64,000 bases of DNA from Planctomycetota bacterium. GTDB lineage: Bacteria > Planctomycetota > UBA1135 > UBA2386. The position numbers and the translations under genes were made by a program. The notes beneath the pieces were generated by a model. It did not search any database, was not told where the DNA came from, and saw only the letters and a program-made list of their open reading frames with translations. This document shows, one piece after another, positions 9,900 through 20,319 of this stretch (the first letter of the stretch is position 1; each line of letters opens with the position of its first letter). The stretch lies in the NCBI GenBank assembly GCA_965223545.1, contig OZ245006.1, positions 960,001 to 1,024,000 on the forward strand, written 5' to 3'.

Positions 9900-11015
9900 A
9901 TGCCCGCCCCGCCACGCAGAAGTGCGCTGTTCGCCAGCGCGCTGTTCGCCGCCGCCGGCTGCAGCACGCTGCCGGCGCCCGCTCGCTTCGGCCTGACCTC
10001 GGACCAACGTGAGATCACCGTGTACACGCTGACCAACACCCGTGGCATGCGCGCGCGGGTCATCACCCTCGGCGCCACCCTCACCGAGCTCTGGGTGCCC
10101 GATCGGGACGGCGAGCTCGCCGACGTCGTGCTCGGCTACGACAGCGTGGCGCCCTACGAGGAGAACCCGTCCTACTTCGGCTGCACGACCGGACGGGTCT
10201 GCAACCGCATCGCGAACGGACGCTTTTCGCTCGACGGGACCGAGTACCAGCTCGCCACCAACAACGGCGACAACCACCTGCACGGCGGCGGACCGCGCGC
10301 CCTCCACCGCGTGGTCTGGGATGCGACCCCGGTGCAGCACGCCGCCGGAGAAGCGGTGCGCTTCACCTACACGAGCGCCGACGGCGAAGAGGGCTACCCG
10401 GGCAACCTGTCGGTCGCGGTGACCTACGTGCTGACCGAAGCAGGCCTGCGGCTCGAGTACGAGGCGCACACCGACCGCGCCACGCCGGTCAACTTGACGC
10501 ATCACTCGTACTTCAACCTCGCCGGCGCCGGCCGCGGCAACATCCTGGACCACACGCTGCGGATCGCGGCCGCGCGCTACACGCCGACCGACGCGGGCCT
10601 GGTGCCGACCGGCGAGATCCGCTCGGTCGCCGACTCGGCCTTCGACTTCCGCCGGCCAACCCCGATCGGCGCGCGCATCGCCGGCGTCGAGGGTGGCTAC
10701 GACCTCAACTACGTGCTCGACCGCGCCGATCCCGACGGCGAGGGGCTGGCGCTGGCCGCCGAAGCGCACCACCCCGGCAGCGGCCGCGTGCTGACCATCC
10801 ACACCACCGAGCCCGGCGTGCAGTTCTACTCGGGCAACTTCCTGGACGGCAGCTTGGTCGGCAAGCACGGCGGTGGCTACCCACGGCACGCGGGCTTCTG
10901 CCTCGAGCCCCAGCACTTCCCGGACGCGGTCAACCAACCGGCCTTCCCGTCGGTGATCCTCGCGCCCGGCGACGTCTATCGTCAGATCAGCGTCTACCGG
11001 TTCGGCACGCGCTGA
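9900..11015 (+). CDS. galM: Aldose 1-epimerase (galactose mutarotase), probable lipoprotein
   Basis: GRVCNRIA, NHLHGG, EEGYPGNL, NLTHHSYFNL, GFCLEPQHFPDA; lipobox-like AAGC. Confidence 0.93.
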   Translation: MPAPPRRSALFASALFAAAGCSTLPAPARFGLTSDQREITVYTLTNTRGMRARVITLGATLTELWVPDRDGELADVVLGYDSVAPYEENPSYFGCTTGRVCNRIANGRFSLDGTEYQLATNNGDNHLHGGGPRALHRVVWDATPVQHAAGEAVRFTYTSADGEEGYPGNLSVAVTYVLTEAGLRLEYEAHTDRATPVNLTHHSYFNLAGAGRGNILDHTLRIAAARYTPTDAGLVPTGEIRSVADSAFDFRRPTPIGARIAGVEGGYDLNYVLDRADPDGEGLALAAEAHHPGSGRVLTIHTTEPGVQFYSGNFLDGSLVGKHGGGYPRHAGFCLEPQHFPDAVNQPAFPSVILAPGDVYRQISVYRFGTR

Positions 11016-11017
11016 CT

Positions 11018-11619
11018 CTCAGCGCGGCCGAGGCCGCAACCAAACACGGAGCATTCCGCGACCCGAGCGTCGGTCGCGGGTCCGGCGGTCGCCGGCGGCC
11101 GCGCTGAGCCCAGAGGCCAGTGTTGTCTTCGAGCCTCCGGGAGTTGCGTTGTCGAAGTTCCAGCGGCATCGAGCCTTCCGAAAGGTTGTCGCCGCGCGAA
11201 GATTTGCGGACCCTGAGGCTCAGCGCGGCCACGGCCGCAACCAAACTCGGATGCCGCTTTTCCCGGAGCGGCTTGGAAGGTCCGACGCATCCGCCGCCGC
11301 GCTGAGCCCGGAGGCACTGTCTCTCCGAGCCTCCGGCGCGGCGGCGACGTTGCCAAGTCGGCGACGTCGCCTCGAGAATGTTGTCGAAGCTCGAAGATTC
11401 GAGGCGCCGGAGGCTCAGCGCGGCCGAGGCCGCAACCAAACACGGAGCATTCCGCGACCCGAGCGTCGGTCGCGGGTCCGGCGGTCGCCGGCGGCCGCGC
11501 TGAGCCCGGAGGCCAGTGTTGTCTTCGAGCCTCCGGGAGCTGCGGTATCGAAGTCCCGGCGACGACGGGCCTTCCGAAAGGTTGTTGCCGCTCGAACATT
11601 CTCGGACCCCGAGGCTCAG
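11018..11619. repeat. Tandem array of three ~200-bp hairpin-rich REP/BIME-like units
   Basis: CTCAGCGCGGCC-NN-GGCCGCAACCAAA at 11018, 11219 and 11414; CTCAGCGCG again at 11615. Units 1 and 3 near-identical. Confidence 0.9.
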
Positions 11620-12683
11620 CGCGCCTCGTACAGCGACGCGCTGTCGACGATGCGCGGCCCGTCCGCGTCCATGCGAGCGTGCTTGGAGGGATAGATCGCC
11701 GCCGCCCCCATCTGCCCGGCCTTGTTGATGGCGTAGAAGTTGACCTGGAAGTTCGGCCGCCCGGAATCGTCGAGCAACCGCGCCACCCGCGTCATCCGCG
11801 CGATCCGGCGGCAGGCCGCGAGACACGCATCGGTCGGCGACTTGCCCTGCGCCATGTGGTGCACGATGGTCGAGGCACCGTTGCTCAAGATCACCGCCTC
11901 ACCGCGGCCGGTCGACCCGGCGACGCCGTGGTCATTGTCGACGTAGTTGCCGCAACCCAGCAGCGGCGAGTCGCCGACCCGGCCGGGGATCTTGTAGGCC
12001 AGCCCCGACGTGGTCGTCACGCCGCCGATGTCGCCGCTGGCATCCACGCAACCGAGATGGATCGTCCCGGTCGGCCGCGGCCCGCCGCGCTTGCCGCCGG
12101 CCGGCACCGCCCCATCGGGGGAGCCGCCGGGGGAGCCATCGCTGGGCAGCGCGTTCTCCTCCGGTGAGATCCAATCATCGCGGTTCGACATCGACTGCTT
12201 CCACCGCAGCCAAGCCCGGCGCGCACGCTCGGTGAGCAGGTTCTCCTCCTGAAAGCCGTGCGCGCGCGCGAAGCGCAGGGCGCCCTCGCCGACCAGCAGG
12301 ACGTGGTCGGTCGTGCGCAGCACGCGCAGGGCCACCTGCGCCGGGTTCTTGATGTTGCGCAGGCTCGCCACCGCGCCGCCGAGGCCGGTCGGGCCGTCCA
12401 TCGCGCACGCGTCGAGCTCGACGACGCCGTCCTCGTTGGGCAGCCCTCCGTAGCCGACGGTCATGTCGTCGGGATCGTTCTCGACGACCTCGACCCCCGC
12501 CACTGCCGCCTCGACCGGCGTCGCCCCCTCGAGCACCTTGCCGACGGCGATCTCCACCGCGCGGATGCCGTTGCGGCTGGAGATCGCGACGGGATCGCGC
12601 AACCGGCGCGGCTGGATGTGGATGCGGGGCAGGGCGGCGCCCGCCGCGGCGGCCCCCAAGAACGAACGACGTGAGACGGCCAT
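11616..12683 (-). CDS. N(4)-(beta-N-acetylglucosaminyl)-L-asparaginase (Ntn-hydrolase), Tat substrate
   Basis: SRRSFL Tat motif, VGYGGLPNEDG, GTIHLG, TTTSG, GRVGDSP, STGRGE. Confidence 0.88.
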   Translation of the reverse strand: MAVSRRSFLGAAAAGAALPRIHIQPRRLRDPVAISSRNGIRAVEIAVGKVLEGATPVEAAVAGVEVVENDPDDMTVGYGGLPNEDGVVELDACAMDGPTGLGGAVASLRNIKNPAQVALRVLRTTDHVLLVGEGALRFARAHGFQEENLLTERARRAWLRWKQSMSNRDDWISPEENALPSDGSPGGSPDGAVPAGGKRGGPRPTGTIHLGCVDASGDIGGVTTTSGLAYKIPGRVGDSPLLGCGNYVDNDHGVAGSTGRGEAVILSNGASTIVHHMAQGKSPTDACLAACRRIARMTRVARLLDDSGRPNFQVNFYAINKAGQMGAAAIYPSKHARMDADGPRIVDSASLYEAR

Positions 12684-12763
12684 GCCCCGATCTAACGGGC
12701 TGCGGGGGGCACCGCGCAAGCCCACCGCGGATTGGCGCGCCGAGGGGCGATTGGAGCCGTGGT

Positions 12764-12798
12764 GTCGTCGCCGCTCGAAGATTCTCGGCCCCCGACGC

Positions 12799-12802
<4 letters not shown>
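12764..12802. repeat. Partial copy of the ~200-bp repeat unit end
   Basis: 34/39 identical to 11581-11619; its terminal CTCAG contains the mtnP stop codon. Confidence 0.75.
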
Positions 12803-13668
<866 letters not shown>

Positions 13669-13755
13669 GAACCTCGGGAGAGGGAAAGGGAGGCGAACGG
13701 GAAGACGGGCATCTTTCGGCCCGGGGCGCGCCGAGACAAGGGCGCGCGGCCAAGT

Positions 13756-14988
13756 TCACGCCTCTCGTGACCGCGCCTGCCGATCCGCCGGCGGCGGCCC
13801 AGAACGACGCCGACCGCCCGAGCGAGCGACCGCGGTGCCGGCCACCAGCCGCTTGATCACCAGCGTCGCGTAGCTGCCGCGGGGCAGACCGAAGCGCACC
13901 ACGACCTTGCGCCGGCCCGGCTCGAACTCGTCGGCGAGCGTCTCCGACAGCTCGAACCCCGTCGGCCGCACCACGACGGCGCGCGGCTCGGCGCGCAGCT
14001 GCAGGCCCGCCATCGGCGGCACCGCGAAGCGCCGCGCGAACCCTTGCTCGCGCAACACCGCGACCAACGCGCGCTCGTACTCGGCGTCGCCGTCCTCGCC
14101 GTCCGGCGCGAACAGCGGCGCGTCGAGCTGCTCCAGGCGGCGGATCAGCGCCGGCGCCGGCCGCTCCCACGCCAGCAACCGACCGGAAAGCGTGTCCAGC
14201 ATCGCGCCCCGGCGCAGCACGCCGCGCAGCATGCCGTCGATCGCCCGGTTCCACAGCCAGCTCTGGTAGGCGTACGCGTGGATCAGCTTGGTGCGCGTCG
14301 GCACCAGCAGCAGCGCGCCGCGGAAGTCGCGCGGCTGCGCGCGCAAGTGCTGCAGCACGCGGCCGTAGAACGGCCCGCGCGCGATGCGGGCGCAGACGTC
14401 CCAATCGCCCCAGTGCGTGGCCAGCAGACGCTTGAGCTTGACGTCGCCGCCGCGGGCCTGCTCGGAGGGCTGCGCCAACAGCTGCCGCAGCGCGGTCTCG
14501 TAGTCACCGCGCAGCACGGCGCGCATCAAGAAGCCCTGGCCGTGCGCCAGACAGCCGAAGCGCTGGTCGTCGAAGTAGTTGGGCAGCCCGTCCTGCACCA
14601 CGCCGGCGGCATTGGCACGCAGCCGCAAGAGCTCGTCCTGGCCGAGATCGCGCAGCACGATCTCGAACGAGTTGCCGCGGCTCATCCGGCTGTTGATCGG
14701 CCGGTCCGAACGCGCCACGAACGACACCGAGAGCCCGCGCTCGCGGTGGTCGAGGCGGCGGCCGCGGATCGAGATCCACTGCTCGGTGCGCCCCTGCCGA
14801 TCCTTGAGCCCGGCGAACGCCAGTGCGTCGCGCGGCACGCCGGCCAGCTTGGCGACGCGCGCCAACGCCTGGTGCGTGTCCAGCTTCTCCTTGCGCAGCA
14901 GGTGCACGAAGTACTCGCCCCCGTCGACGCGCGGAAACACCAGCTCCTCGCGCACGCGGAAGTCACGGGGAACGGTTTTCAGCTTCAC
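13756..14988 (-). CDS. truD: tRNA pseudouridine(13) synthase TruD
   Basis: DFRVRE, FAGLKDR, GNSFEIVLR, PNYFDDQRFG, AYQSWLWN, LPRGSYAT. Confidence 0.92.
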   Translation of the reverse strand: MKLKTVPRDFRVREELVFPRVDGGEYFVHLLRKEKLDTHQALARVAKLAGVPRDALAFAGLKDRQGRTEQWISIRGRRLDHRERGLSVSFVARSDRPINSRMSRGNSFEIVLRDLGQDELLRLRANAAGVVQDGLPNYFDDQRFGCLAHGQGFLMRAVLRGDYETALRQLLAQPSEQARGGDVKLKRLLATHWGDWDVCARIARGPFYGRVLQHLRAQPRDFRGALLLVPTRTKLIHAYAYQSWLWNRAIDGMLRGVLRRGAMLDTLSGRLLAWERPAPALIRRLEQLDAPLFAPDGEDGDAEYERALVAVLREQGFARRFAVPPMAGLQLRAEPRAVVVRPTGFELSETLADEFEPGRRKVVVRFGLPRGSYATLVIKRLVAGTAVARSGGRRRSGPPPADRQARSREA

Positions 14989-15065
14989 GGCAGGGAGCGG
15001 GGCTGGGGCGACAAGGCTGGGGCGACGGGACAGAGGCGACGGGGCGGGAGCGGCGGACGGAGCGG

Positions 15066-16082
15066 TCAGCGCGGCGCGAACTTGCGCAGCTTGTCCAGCA
15101 CCCGCGTCAGCGCAGCCGGCAGCGGAGCGCTGGCGCGCACCACGCTACCAGACGAGCCCGGCGACGGCACTGCGATCGAGACGGCGTGCAGGAACATCCG
15201 CGACAACAACGGCGTCTCGGCGACGCCCCGGCGCAGCTTGAAGCCCGGTTTGATGTCCGACAGCAGCAGGGCGCGGCGGCCGCCGTAGTCGGGATCGCCG
15301 ATGATGCCGTGGCCCGCGGCGGCGAGGTGCACGCGGATCTGATGGCTCCGGCCGGTGCGCGGCCGCGCGGCGACCAGCGTGTAGCGCTGGAACCGCTCGA
15401 GCCGCTCGACGTCGGTGTGCGCGCTGCGCGCCCCCTTGCTGTCTGGATCGACGACGCGGATCCGCCCGGGCCGGCGCCGGTCCGGCCCGAGCGAGCGCCG
15501 CAGCGCCATCTCCGGCCGCAGCAGCTCACCGAAGACCAGGGCCTGATACTCCTTCTCGACCTCGCCGGCCCGGAACGCGCGGTCCATCGCGCGCGCCGCC
15601 GCCAAGCCCTTGGCCAGCACGAGACAGCCCGAAGTGCCCGCATCCAAGCGATGCACGATGCGCAGATCGTCGTCGGGCCGCAGCGCGGTCAGCTCGCCGT
15701 GCACGCCGCGGTACTTACCGGCGCGGTCGGGCACGGTCGGCATGCCCGCCGGCTTGTCGACCACCAGCAGATCGTCGTCCTCGTAGAGGACGTCCAGCGC
15801 CCCCGTTTCCGCTCGCGTTCGCGCGGGCACCGACGCCGCGGCGAAGCGCAGCTCGACGACATCGCTGACCGCGAGCCGCGCCTGGGGCTGGGTCGGCTCA
15901 CCGTTGACCGTCACCGTCGCCGCGCGGATCGCCCGCCGCAAAAAGCGGCGGTCGGCGGTCGGAAACCGCCGCGCGAGGACGTCCTCGACGCGGATGCGCC
16001 GGTCCTCGGGCTCGATGAACAACCGCTGGACAACGGCCGGCAGCGCGGCGCCGGCGCCCGATCCCGGGGCGCGCCGGCTCAC
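15066..16082 (-). CDS. RluA/RluD-family pseudouridine synthase
   Basis: S4-like N-terminus, VDKPAG, HRLDAGTSG, TGRSHQIRVH, LHA. Confidence 0.92.
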   Translation of the reverse strand: MSRRAPGSGAGAALPAVVQRLFIEPEDRRIRVEDVLARRFPTADRRFLRRAIRAATVTVNGEPTQPQARLAVSDVVELRFAAASVPARTRAETGALDVLYEDDDLLVVDKPAGMPTVPDRAGKYRGVHGELTALRPDDDLRIVHRLDAGTSGCLVLAKGLAAARAMDRAFRAGEVEKEYQALVFGELLRPEMALRRSLGPDRRRPGRIRVVDPDSKGARSAHTDVERLERFQRYTLVAARPRTGRSHQIRVHLAAAGHGIIGDPDYGGRRALLLSDIKPGFKLRRGVAETPLLSRMFLHAVSIAVPSPGSSGSVVRASAPLPAALTRVLDKLRKFAPR

Positions 16083-17212
16083 CGGTTGCGGTTCAGCCGC
16101 CGCACCAACGCCTTGAGCTCCCCGATCTCCTCGCGCAGCGCACGCACCTCGTCGCGCAAGCGCGTCATCTCGGCCTGCTCCATCTCGGCGGTCTCGGTCT
16201 CGGCACCGCGCCGGGTCTCACCGATCGCCCGGCGGATCCGCTCGGCGGCACTCGGGCGCGACGTCGGCCGCGACTCGGCGCGCACTTCGCCCGCCGCATC
16301 GTGCTCCTCTTCGTGCCCTGCCTCGTGCTCGCCCTCGGGCTCCTCTTCGACGATCTCCTCCGGCTCCTCGGGCTCGTCCGCGACCTCGGCCTCGGTGACG
16401 TCATCGAGCGCGACCATCGGCGCGCCGGCCGTGCCCAGGGTCAACGGGAGGCGGCGGGTACCGCCGTCGCGGCGCACGACGACGCGCACCACCTGGCCCG
16501 GGCGCAGCTCGGCCAACGCCTTCTCCAGGTCGGCGGTCGAGCGGATCTCGGCGCGACCGAGACCGACCATGGCATCACCGTCGCGCATCCCGGCGCGCGC
16601 TGCCGGGCTGCCCTCCACCACTTCGTCGATCTGCACGGCGCCATCGCCGTCGACGACCCGCACCCCGATGAAGGGCCGGCCACCGCTCTCGACGCGCGCG
16701 GTCGGCATCAGGCGGCGCACCCTCTCGCCGCGCGGAGCCGCCTCGGCGACGGCTTCCTCGGCGGCGGCCTCTTCGGCGGCGGCTTCCTCGGCGGCGGCTT
16801 CCTCAGCGACCGGCGCCGCCACTGCCTCTTGTGGCGCGTCTTCCGTCTCGGTGGCGGTCTCCTCGGCCTCCTCCGCGTCGGCCGGCGGCGGCACGACGTC
16901 CGGCCGCTTGCCGAGGACCACCGCCAGCGTGTGCTCGGTGCCGTCTCGCCGCAGGCGCAGCACGACCCGGTCCCCCGCGTTGTGGCTGCCGATCGCCTCG
17001 CGGAACTCGTCGACCTTCGGCGTCTCGCGATCGCCGACCGCGATGAGCTGGTCACCGGCGCGGATCCCGGCCTTGGCGGCGGCGGTATCCGAGATCACGC
17101 TCTGCACGATGGCAGGGCCGCTCTCGGGGAGGTAGACCCCGAGAAAGCCATCGCCGGCGAGCACGCCGAGCAACAGCAGGAGGGGGAGAGAAAGCGCGGA
17201 AGGAACGCTCAT
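16079..17212 (-). CDS. Secreted tandem-PDZ domain protein with acidic linkers and C-terminal coiled coil
   Basis: Signal peptide; GFLGV and PFIGV PDZ starts; A..AG.R.GD motifs; GTGA overlap with RluA gene. Confidence 0.8.
   Translation of the reverse strand: MSVPSALSLPLLLLLGVLAGDGFLGVYLPESGPAIVQSVISDTAAAKAGIRAGDQLIAVGDRETPKVDEFREAIGSHNAGDRVVLRLRRDGTEHTLAVVLGKRPDVVPPPADAEEAEETATETEDAPQEAVAAPVAEEAAAEEAAAEEAAAEEAVAEAAPRGERVRRLMPTARVESGGRPFIGVRVVDGDGAVQIDEVVEGSPAARAGMRDGDAMVGLGRAEIRSTADLEKALAELRPGQVVRVVVRRDGGTRRLPLTLGTAGAPMVALDDVTEAEVADEPEEPEEIVEEEPEGEHEAGHEEEHDAAGEVRAESRPTSRPSAAERIRRAIGETRRGAETETAEMEQAEMTRLRDEVRALREEIGELKALVRRLNRNR
16736..16806 (-). repeat. 15-bp coding tandem repeat (EEAAA)n
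   Basis: Repeated (G)GCTTCCTCGGCGGC units encoding AEEAAAEEAAAEEAAAEEAVAEA. Confidence 0.8.
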
Positions 17213-17426
17213 TTGGAGATGCTCGTGGGGAGGATGAACGGAGGGGCACGCGGCCCTGACGGGGCCATGCGCGGCTGGCCGTAGAATATCCGCGCTCGGC
17301 GAGAACTTCCGCGCCGCGCTGCCGGCGGTCGGATCTCATGCCGGGGGCCGGCCACGGCGCCGCTCCCCGGTCGGCCCGCGCCACCGACGGGTCGGGCCCG
17401 CCGACTGCTGCCGGATGGCGAGCGAA

Positions 17427-17816
17427 TTACGCCCGGCGCGGGGACGGCGGCGCCGATGGGCCGACCATCGCGACCAGACGCCGGCCGAGCACGACCTCGA
17501 CCCGCAGCACGGCCGCGCCGCGCAGCAGGCGCACGCGCACACGATCGCCGACGATCGACCGCCGGATCTCCGCGGCGAGCTGCTCGGGCTCGCGCACCCG
17601 CACGCCGCCGAGCGCCACGATGTGGTCGCCGGCTTGGAGCCCGGCGGCCGCGGCCGGCGAGCCCGGCACGACCTCACCGATGCGCACGCCGTCGACGTCC
17701 GGGTCCAGCATCACCCCCAGCCAACCGCGCTGCGACCCGGCGGGGAGCGCGCCCAAGAGGGCGGTGCACAGAACCGAAATCACGGCGTGGGCGGGCATCG
17801 GACTGCCGATTGGCAT
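17427..17816 (-). CDS. Small secreted single-PDZ protein
   Basis: Signal-like N-terminus, GWLGV, VVPGSPAAAAGLQAGD. Confidence 0.75.
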   Translation of the reverse strand: MPIGSPMPAHAVISVLCTALLGALPAGSQRGWLGVMLDPDVDGVRIGEVVPGSPAAAAGLQAGDHIVALGGVRVREPEQLAAEIRRSIVGDRVRVRLLRGAAVLRVEVVLGRRLVAMVGPSAPPSPRRA

Positions 17817-17855
17817 CGGCGACGCGGCGATCTCGGCTTGACTCAGGATCTCGCC

Positions 17856-17884
17856 TTGACGCGCGGCATCGGACTCCCTATCTC
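17856..17884 (+). promoter_or_regulatory. Putative sigma70 promoter of tRNA-Glu
   Basis: TTGACG-N17-TATCTC about 30 bp upstream of the tRNA. Confidence 0.5.
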
Positions 17885-17915
17885 ATGCACGTCGGCCTGA
17901 AACGCCGCTGCAAGC

Positions 17916-17991
17916 GCCCCGTTCGTCTAGCGGCCTAGGATACATGGTTCTCATCCATGTGACACGGGTTCGAGTCCCGTACGGGGTACCA
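17916..17991 (+). tRNA. tRNA-Glu(CTC)
   Basis: Acceptor GCCCCGT/ACGGGGT plus ACCA; anticodon arm CATGG-TTCTCAT-CCATG; T-arm GGTTCGAGTCC; 76 nt. Confidence 0.97.
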
Positions 17992-17993
17992 AT

Positions 17994-18030
17994 GGGCGGG
18001 GCGAGCCGAGCTCGCCCCGCCCGATCTTTG
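17994..18030 (+). terminator. Hairpin terminator after tRNA
   Basis: GGGCGGGGCGAGC-CGA-GCTCGCCCCGCCC followed by GATCTTT. Confidence 0.65.
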
Positions 18031-18076
18031 CCGCCGGCGCCGCCGGCGGCGCACGTTTGACCCGCGGACGACCCGC

Positions 18077-19153
18077 TTGGCCTGGCTCGGCAGACAAGAC
18101 CTGGAAGACCGCGAGCACCGCACGCTGCACCGGTTCGCCACCCTCAGCGACCGGGCGGGCGGCCGCCGGCTCGACGAGCCGGAGGACCCGATCCGCACGG
18201 CGTTTCAGCGCGACCGCGACCGCATCATCCACTGCACCGCGTTTCGCCGCCTGCAGCACAAGACGCAGGTGATGGCCGCGTTCGAGGGCGACCACTACCG
18301 CAGCCGCATGACCCACTCGCTCGAGGTCGCCCAGCTGGCGCGCGGCGTGGCGCACGCGCTGCGGCTCAACGCCGACCTCGCCGAGGCGGTCGCGCTGGCG
18401 CACGACCTGGGCCACCCGCCGTTCGGGCACGTCGGCGAGGACGGCCTGGCGGAGCGGATGGCGACGCACGGTGGGTTTCGCCACAACGCTCAGGGTGCGC
18501 GAATCGTCGACTGCCTGGAGGATCCCTACGCGCACGGCTTCGGCCTCAACCTCACCCTGGTGGTGCGGCAGTCGCTGCTCAAGGGGCCGGTGCCGGACGG
18601 CTTTCCGCTGAGCGCGGACCTGCACACCGGACGCGAGCTGCCACTCGAGGCGCAGGTCGTCGACCGCTGCGACAAGATCGCCTACCTGTGCCACGACCTC
18701 GACGACGGCTTGCGCGCCGGCGCCTTCACCGAGGCCGATGCGGCCGGCCTGCGCCTCTGGCAGCGCGCGGCGCAACGCTGCGCCTCACCCGTCACCGCGC
18801 GGATCGTCAGCGACATGATCGCGATCCTCGTCCACGACCTGATCGAGACCACCGCGACGCGGCTCGACGCGGCGACGACCAGCCCACGCCCCGCCCACTC
18901 CGCCGAGGTCACCGTGCTGACCGACGAGCTGCAGCGCTTCCTGCGGACCGAGTTCTACCGCTCGCGCATGGTGCTCGAACGCATGCAGCACGGCGTCGAG
19001 CAGCTGTGCGCCGTGTTCGACGCCCTGCTGGCCAAGCCCGAGGGCCTGCCGGCCAAGGCCCGCGCGCGCCTGACGCGGGATGGGTTGGAACGGACCGTGT
19101 GCGACCACGTCGCCGGCATGACCGACCGCTATCTGGTGCGCCAGCCGACGTAG
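18077..19153 (+). CDS. dgt: Deoxyguanosinetriphosphate triphosphohydrolase (HD family)
   Basis: FQRDRDRI, FRRLQHKTQV, RMTHSLEV, AHDLGHPPFGH, DKIAYLCHDLDD, AGMTD. Confidence 0.92.
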   Translation: MAWLGRQDLEDREHRTLHRFATLSDRAGGRRLDEPEDPIRTAFQRDRDRIIHCTAFRRLQHKTQVMAAFEGDHYRSRMTHSLEVAQLARGVAHALRLNADLAEAVALAHDLGHPPFGHVGEDGLAERMATHGGFRHNAQGARIVDCLEDPYAHGFGLNLTLVVRQSLLKGPVPDGFPLSADLHTGRELPLEAQVVDRCDKIAYLCHDLDDGLRAGAFTEADAAGLRLWQRAAQRCASPVTARIVSDMIAILVHDLIETTATRLDAATTSPRPAHSAEVTVLTDELQRFLRTEFYRSRMVLERMQHGVEQLCAVFDALLAKPEGLPAKARARLTRDGLERTVCDHVAGMTDRYLVRQPT

Positions 19154-19185
19154 AGCCGCGAAGGCGAGCGCCGGCCTTCAAGCGT

Positions 19186-20319
19186 TCAAGCGCCGCCGGG
19201 AGCCAACCGCGCGATCGCCGCCAGGACCTGCCCGGGCTCGATCCGCTGCTGGCAGTGTGGATCGACCGCGCAGGTCGGTAGATAGCAGCACAGACAGTCG
19301 AGCCCCTCGGGCACGATCTTCTCGCCGCGGCCGAACAGCTCGATCTCGGCGCTCGAGGTCGGGCCGAACAAGGCCACCACCGGCACCTTGCGCGCGGTGG
19401 CGACGTGCAGCGCGAAGGTGTCGCCGGTGACCACGACCGCGCACATCTCGAGCATCGCGGCGAAGCGGCGCACCGAGTGGCTGGTGCCGGCGTCGAACAC
19501 CGGCAGCGCCGAGGTCGCGGCCAACAGCCGCTCGTGGCGATCGCGCTCTTCCGGACCGCCGAGCAGCAGCATGCCCATGCCCCGCGCCGCCACCCGGTGC
19601 GCCAGCTCGATCTGGTGGTCCAACGTCCACTGCTTGCGCTCCCAGCGGCCGCCGGCCCCGGTGTTGAGGCCGACCAGGGGCCCGTCGAACGGCAGGGCCG
19701 CGCGGTAGGCGCGGCCGTTGGCGGCATCGGCGTCCCCCGGCTCGAGAATCGGCTCGGCGACGTGCGCGGGCGACACCTCCAACACGGCGGCGATGCGGGC
19801 CTGATAGGTCTGCTGGTTCTGCTTCTTGCGGGCGTCCGACAGCCCCATGGCCAGCCACTCCTCGGCGCCGGCCGACAGCGCGAGCACCCGGCCCTTCGCG
19901 TCCATCGAGAAGCCGCGCCGTTCGCGCCCGCGGGCGGCGGCGGCCAGCACCGCGGCGTCCGGGTCGGCATCCGGACACAACACCGCGTCGAACTCTTCGA
20001 CCGCGAGGCGCGCCGCGGTGCGCGCGTCGGCAGTGGTCAGCACCTCGTCGACCATGGGGTTGCCGGGAAACAGCGCCGCCGCGCCCGGCGCCGTCAGCCA
20101 GGTCACCTTGGCGCGCGGAAACGCCGCGTGGATCGCCGGCAACAGCGACGTCGTGCGCAGCACGTCGCCGAGGGCGGCCAGCTTGACCACGAGCACCCGG
20201 TGCTCCACCGGGTCGTAGTCGTCGGTGCACGTCCCGCAGGTGACGCCGGTGCGCTTGTGCGGCGCGCACGGGCGATCCCAGCGAAAGTGGCGACAGTCAG
20301 GCTTGCGTTCCTCGGACAT
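19186..20319 (-). CDS. GT9 (heptosyltransferase-like) glycosyltransferase
   Basis: KLAALGDVL, KQW, VTGDTFALHVA, ALFGPT; ATG at MSEERKPDC. Confidence 0.88.
   Translation of the reverse strand: MSEERKPDCRHFRWDRPCAPHKRTGVTCGTCTDDYDPVEHRVLVVKLAALGDVLRTTSLLPAIHAAFPRAKVTWLTAPGAAALFPGNPMVDEVLTTADARTAARLAVEEFDAVLCPDADPDAAVLAAAARGRERRGFSMDAKGRVLALSAGAEEWLAMGLSDARKKQNQQTYQARIAAVLEVSPAHVAEPILEPGDADAANGRAYRAALPFDGPLVGLNTGAGGRWERKQWTLDHQIELAHRVAARGMGMLLLGGPEERDRHERLLAATSALPVFDAGTSHSVRRFAAMLEMCAVVVTGDTFALHVATARKVPVVALFGPTSSAEIELFGRGEKIVPEGLDCLCCYLPTCAVDPHCQQRIEPGQVLAAIARLAPGGA

Noticed and set aside
11018..11619. CRISPR array
   Set aside because: Period ~200 bp, intervening segments homologous between units 1 and 3, and no cas genes
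10987..11826. ORFs across the repeat array (279, 201, 181 aa)
   Set aside because: Translations simply mirror the DNA repeat and overlap real genes; no coding signature
17916..17991. tRNA-Glu as island integration site
   Set aside because: No integrase or duplicated tRNA 3' end seen; flanks are host-like
18077..19153. dGTPase/MazG as anti-phage defence system
   Set aside because: Both look like housekeeping forms in host-GC context with no defence neighbours
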